Under the pieces are notes generated by a model. The model saw nothing but the letters and a program-made list of their open reading frames with translations. It made no database searches and was not told where the DNA came from. This document shows positions 60,854 through 64,000 of a DNA stretch of 64,000 bases, in pieces. Source of the stretch: Moniliella sp. 'wahieum' (Eukaryota); NCBI GenBank assembly GCA_003971905.1, contig RSEE01000126.1, positions 1 to 64,000 on the forward strand. The letters are read 5' to 3'. The first letter of the stretch is position 1. Every line of letters starts with the position of its first letter. A program made the position numbers and the translations under genes.

Positions 60854-63800
60854 TTATCCTCCATGCACGACGCGGTTGCGCAGCACGCGCTTCGGAGGCT
60901 CCACCTGCACCTGCACCTCCTCCCCATCCCCATCCTCCACGGGAGCCTGGTGCGAGCGGGTGAGGCGGGCCGGACGCACAGGCGTCGAAGTCAAAGCCGG
61001 CTGCTTCCAGCGCCTTGGCTGCCCGGCTCGGCGCGGTCGAGGTGCCGGGGCAGGGGCAGGGGCTGGGTCCTCCACTTCCTCAGAAGAAAGTTCAGTTTGG
61101 GCCTTAGGTTTCCCCCTGCGGGCTGACGTGGATGGGGGGTTGGTCTTTGCCCTTGCTTGTCGACGAGTGCGCATAGCGGCCGGCGGATCAGCTGGCTCCC
61201 CTCCGATTCGTACTGGTTGGCCGGCTCGGGCTGGGAAGGAGCCGGGTGGGACTGAGGCGGGTCGGAGGGCTCGGCTTTGGACTTGACATCCGCCGCGAGG
61301 GCAGTTTGACCTGCCTCTTGTTCTTCTTCTCTCATCAGCCTTATCTTCCTTCTCCGCTTCTTCCACATGCGGGGCAGACTTTTTCGCCCTGCTGCGAGTG
61401 GAGCGGGTGGAGGTTGCGCGGGTGCGACGGGCCGGGGTATGGTGCGCAGCGGGAGGTTTTTCCTTGTCTTCTTCCTCCTTCTCCTCTCCTCCTTCTCCTC
61501 TTCCTTCCTCTCCTCTTCCTTCTCCTTCCTTGTCCTTCTTCTCCCTTCTTCTCCTTCTCTCAACCTTCTTCCCTTTCTCCACCTTCTCCACCTTCTCCTC
61601 TTCCTCCTCTCCTTCCTCTTCGGCCTTCTCTGCCTCCTCGTCTTCTGCCTTGCCCGACTCGGTAGCATCCACCTCCTGTGTATCCATCTCCGCCTTGGTC
61701 CGGCGAGTAGAACGGGTAGAACGAGTAGACCGAGGAGGGGCAGCAGCCGCGCGGCGAGAGCGCGTCGCCCGGGCCGGGGTGGACACGGCCTTGGTGGCCC
61801 GCGTGGAGCGTCGGACTGTCTCGGGGTGCTCGGGGTGCTGGGGTGAGAATCAGGACCTTGACTCCTCTCTTCCTCGTTCGTCTCTTGTTCGGGTACAGGG
61901 CCTGTAGGCGCAGAGGGGACAGCGTCTTCCGTTGATTGGGATTCAGTTCTGCCACGGTAATGGGATGGAGCTCCTCCGATTCCGGTTCCTGCTCAGGTTC
62001 CTGCTCAGTCCCTGCTCATCTGGAGGAGACTGTGCCTGTGGTGCCTGCATCCGCTCAGGCTCGGCTTGTAATGCACCTTGCATCGCCGTCCCTTTCGCTA
62101 GCTCTTGTTCTTGGGTGCTCCACCTTCTGGCTGCAGGGTAGGTTCCTGCACCCCATCGGATCCCTCCTGCTCGCCGTCTTCCCCAACCGGCATGGCCACT
62201 GGTACCTCCTCGACCAGCTCGGACACGGGGACATCCTCTACCGGCTTGCATGCTGGGACATCTTCTTTAGCTCGCTTCCACGGTTGCTTTTCCTCGCCTG
62301 GGGACGGTTGGCCTCCCTGGCGACTGGGATGCTTGGTCATGTACCGACTCGCGAGGCCCTGAAGGGACGACGTCCGTGGGCAAGGCGACTGCGGGGTCGT
62401 GGGCGAGCGGCGGGGGACGATACCATGTCGGGCTGCGGCGAGAGAGCAAATCGGTGTTGGATCTGGGCGTTGAGTGCATTGCCTGGGCCACTTGGCTCCA
62501 CACGATCTCTCGGTGAACAAGGGGCTGAGACAGTGGCCATCGGAGGGGCAGACGTCCCACGCCGGCAGCTGATCCGGCAGTTCGGTCACCAGGGCCGCTC
62601 ACACGGCTCCAACGTCCCCCCTAGACCGCTGGGCTGGTCACCAGGTCCCTCTTGCTGCGTGCGCTCGTGCTGCTTCAGCCACGGTTCCTCGTCCGAAACG
62701 AACAGCGCAACGTTCGTCCACTCTCCCGTCTGGCCCGGAGCGCACCCCGAGCGACCGCCATCTTGCCCAAGCTGCGGCGAGAGAGGCGGCGCCTCCTCGA
62801 CCCCTGGGGCAAGCATGGCCACGTCTTGCTGCGCGAGAGGCGCATGCACGGTGGGAAGGAGCGAAGGGGAAGGCTGGCTGAGCGCGCAGGGGGGAGGCAG
62901 ACTGCAACGCCCACTGGGGGGAAGGGACGAACGCAGAGCCAAAGGACTGCTCAGGCTCTCGTCAATCTCTCGCTCGTCCGCGTCATCCTCCGCTTCCGGA
63001 GCCGCAAGCGAGACTTGGCTCGGTTGGGCGGCCTGTACGCCACCCAGCTCGTCCCAGTGGACATACGTCTCCTCGGGCGCGGGGGCATCGGAGAAGCGCT
63101 CTTGTTCCTCGTCGCCCTCGCCCTCGCTCTGGCCCTCGGCGTGAGCCTGGTGGGTGTCGTACTGCACTGGGCTGCCACGGCTGTTCCAGTGGGAGCCGGG
63201 GCGCGGCCACAGGCTCCATCCAGGACTGGAAGAGCTGCGCTTCGGTATGGGCAATGAGGGTGCGGGTGCGAAGGGAGGTGTGACGAGAGGATCTTTTGGG
63301 CGAAAGGCGCAGGGGAGAAGGCAATTGGTACCCCAACCCCAACCCCATTTCTGGTGCCGGAGGGCAGGTGGGGCAGGGGGGCAGGTGGGGCAGGTGGAGG
63401 GGGCGGGGGAGCGAGGAGCTCTGGTTCCCAGTCCATGGCCATATCGTCAGTTGCTACGGGCAGGGGATCAGGCAGCAAGGGGGGGTCCGTCTGTGTCCCC
63501 ACGGCCACGGCCACGTTCTCGTCGGCCGGCGCACGTTCCACGTCCGACAGCGACACGAATCCCTCGGCGGAAGCTGGGGCGGGAGCATGGCAGCCACATC
63601 CGCATGTGGTTCCTCGGACTTGTGGGGAATGTAGGAGATGCCCGTGACGATTTCGGGGGCAAAGGAGGCGCGTTTGCGCGGCGTTGGCGTTGGCGCAGGT
63701 TTGGCCGGCGTCTTGGTCGGGGACAGGGCACTTTTGCGCGGTTGGAGCGTCGGTGGTTCGAATGTCTGCGGTGGAGGGTCGGGCTGGGGGGGGGAGAGTC

Positions 63801-64000
63801 GAGCGGCGAGGTCCTGGCTTGTCGGTTGGTCGGTCGTCGCGGACCAGCGATTGGCCGCGCGCGCCAACAGGTCCCAGTCGGGCCCGGCGGGCGACGCGAT
63901 CTCCGCCACGCGACGAGTTCGGGATGGGGCTTGTTGGGGTGTTTGTGGCCGGCGGGCGTGGCGAGCGCGTCCATCTCGTGCTGCAGCAGCTCGGGTCGGA
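60854..64000 (-). CDS. 3' part of a large low-complexity protein (Pro/Glu/Arg-rich; 5' end outside window)
   Basis: Chain of overlapping minus-strand ORFs ending PPKRVLRNRVVHGG; acidic tracts and TRS/RRTR repeats; no folded domain seen. Confidence 0.55.

Overview
Eukaryotic, GC-rich fungal DNA, probably a basidiomycete (inferred from the short GT..CTRAC..YAG introns and the gene content). Almost every conserved gene carries single-base frameshifts, which points to an unpolished long-read assembly, so many CDS boundaries are approximate. Recognisable genes: three paralogous NAD(P)-dependent aldehyde-reductase/epimerase SDR genes (one an internally deleted pseudogene), THI6-type bifunctional thiamine enzyme, a type I DnaJ with a CaaX box, GID8-like LisH/CTLH protein, a VWA protein with GGYPPPNQSS repeats, a C2H2 zinc-finger gene, ERV46, importin alpha, a copper-fist transcription factor, a head-to-head RPS22/RPS17 pair, a secreted pepsin-like protease, and four intron-containing tRNAs (Lys, Glu, Leu, Ile). 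The most unusual items are: (i) a ~155-aa Gly/Ser repeat insert with a dibasic site inside the protease catalytic domain; (ii) a lower-GC island between two inverted SDR copies, holding a possible DNA-transposon-like unit with 9-bp-periodic GAYRTY arrays and orphan spliced genes; (iii) a window-wide pattern of 7-bp tandem repeats built from a palindromic hexamer plus one base.
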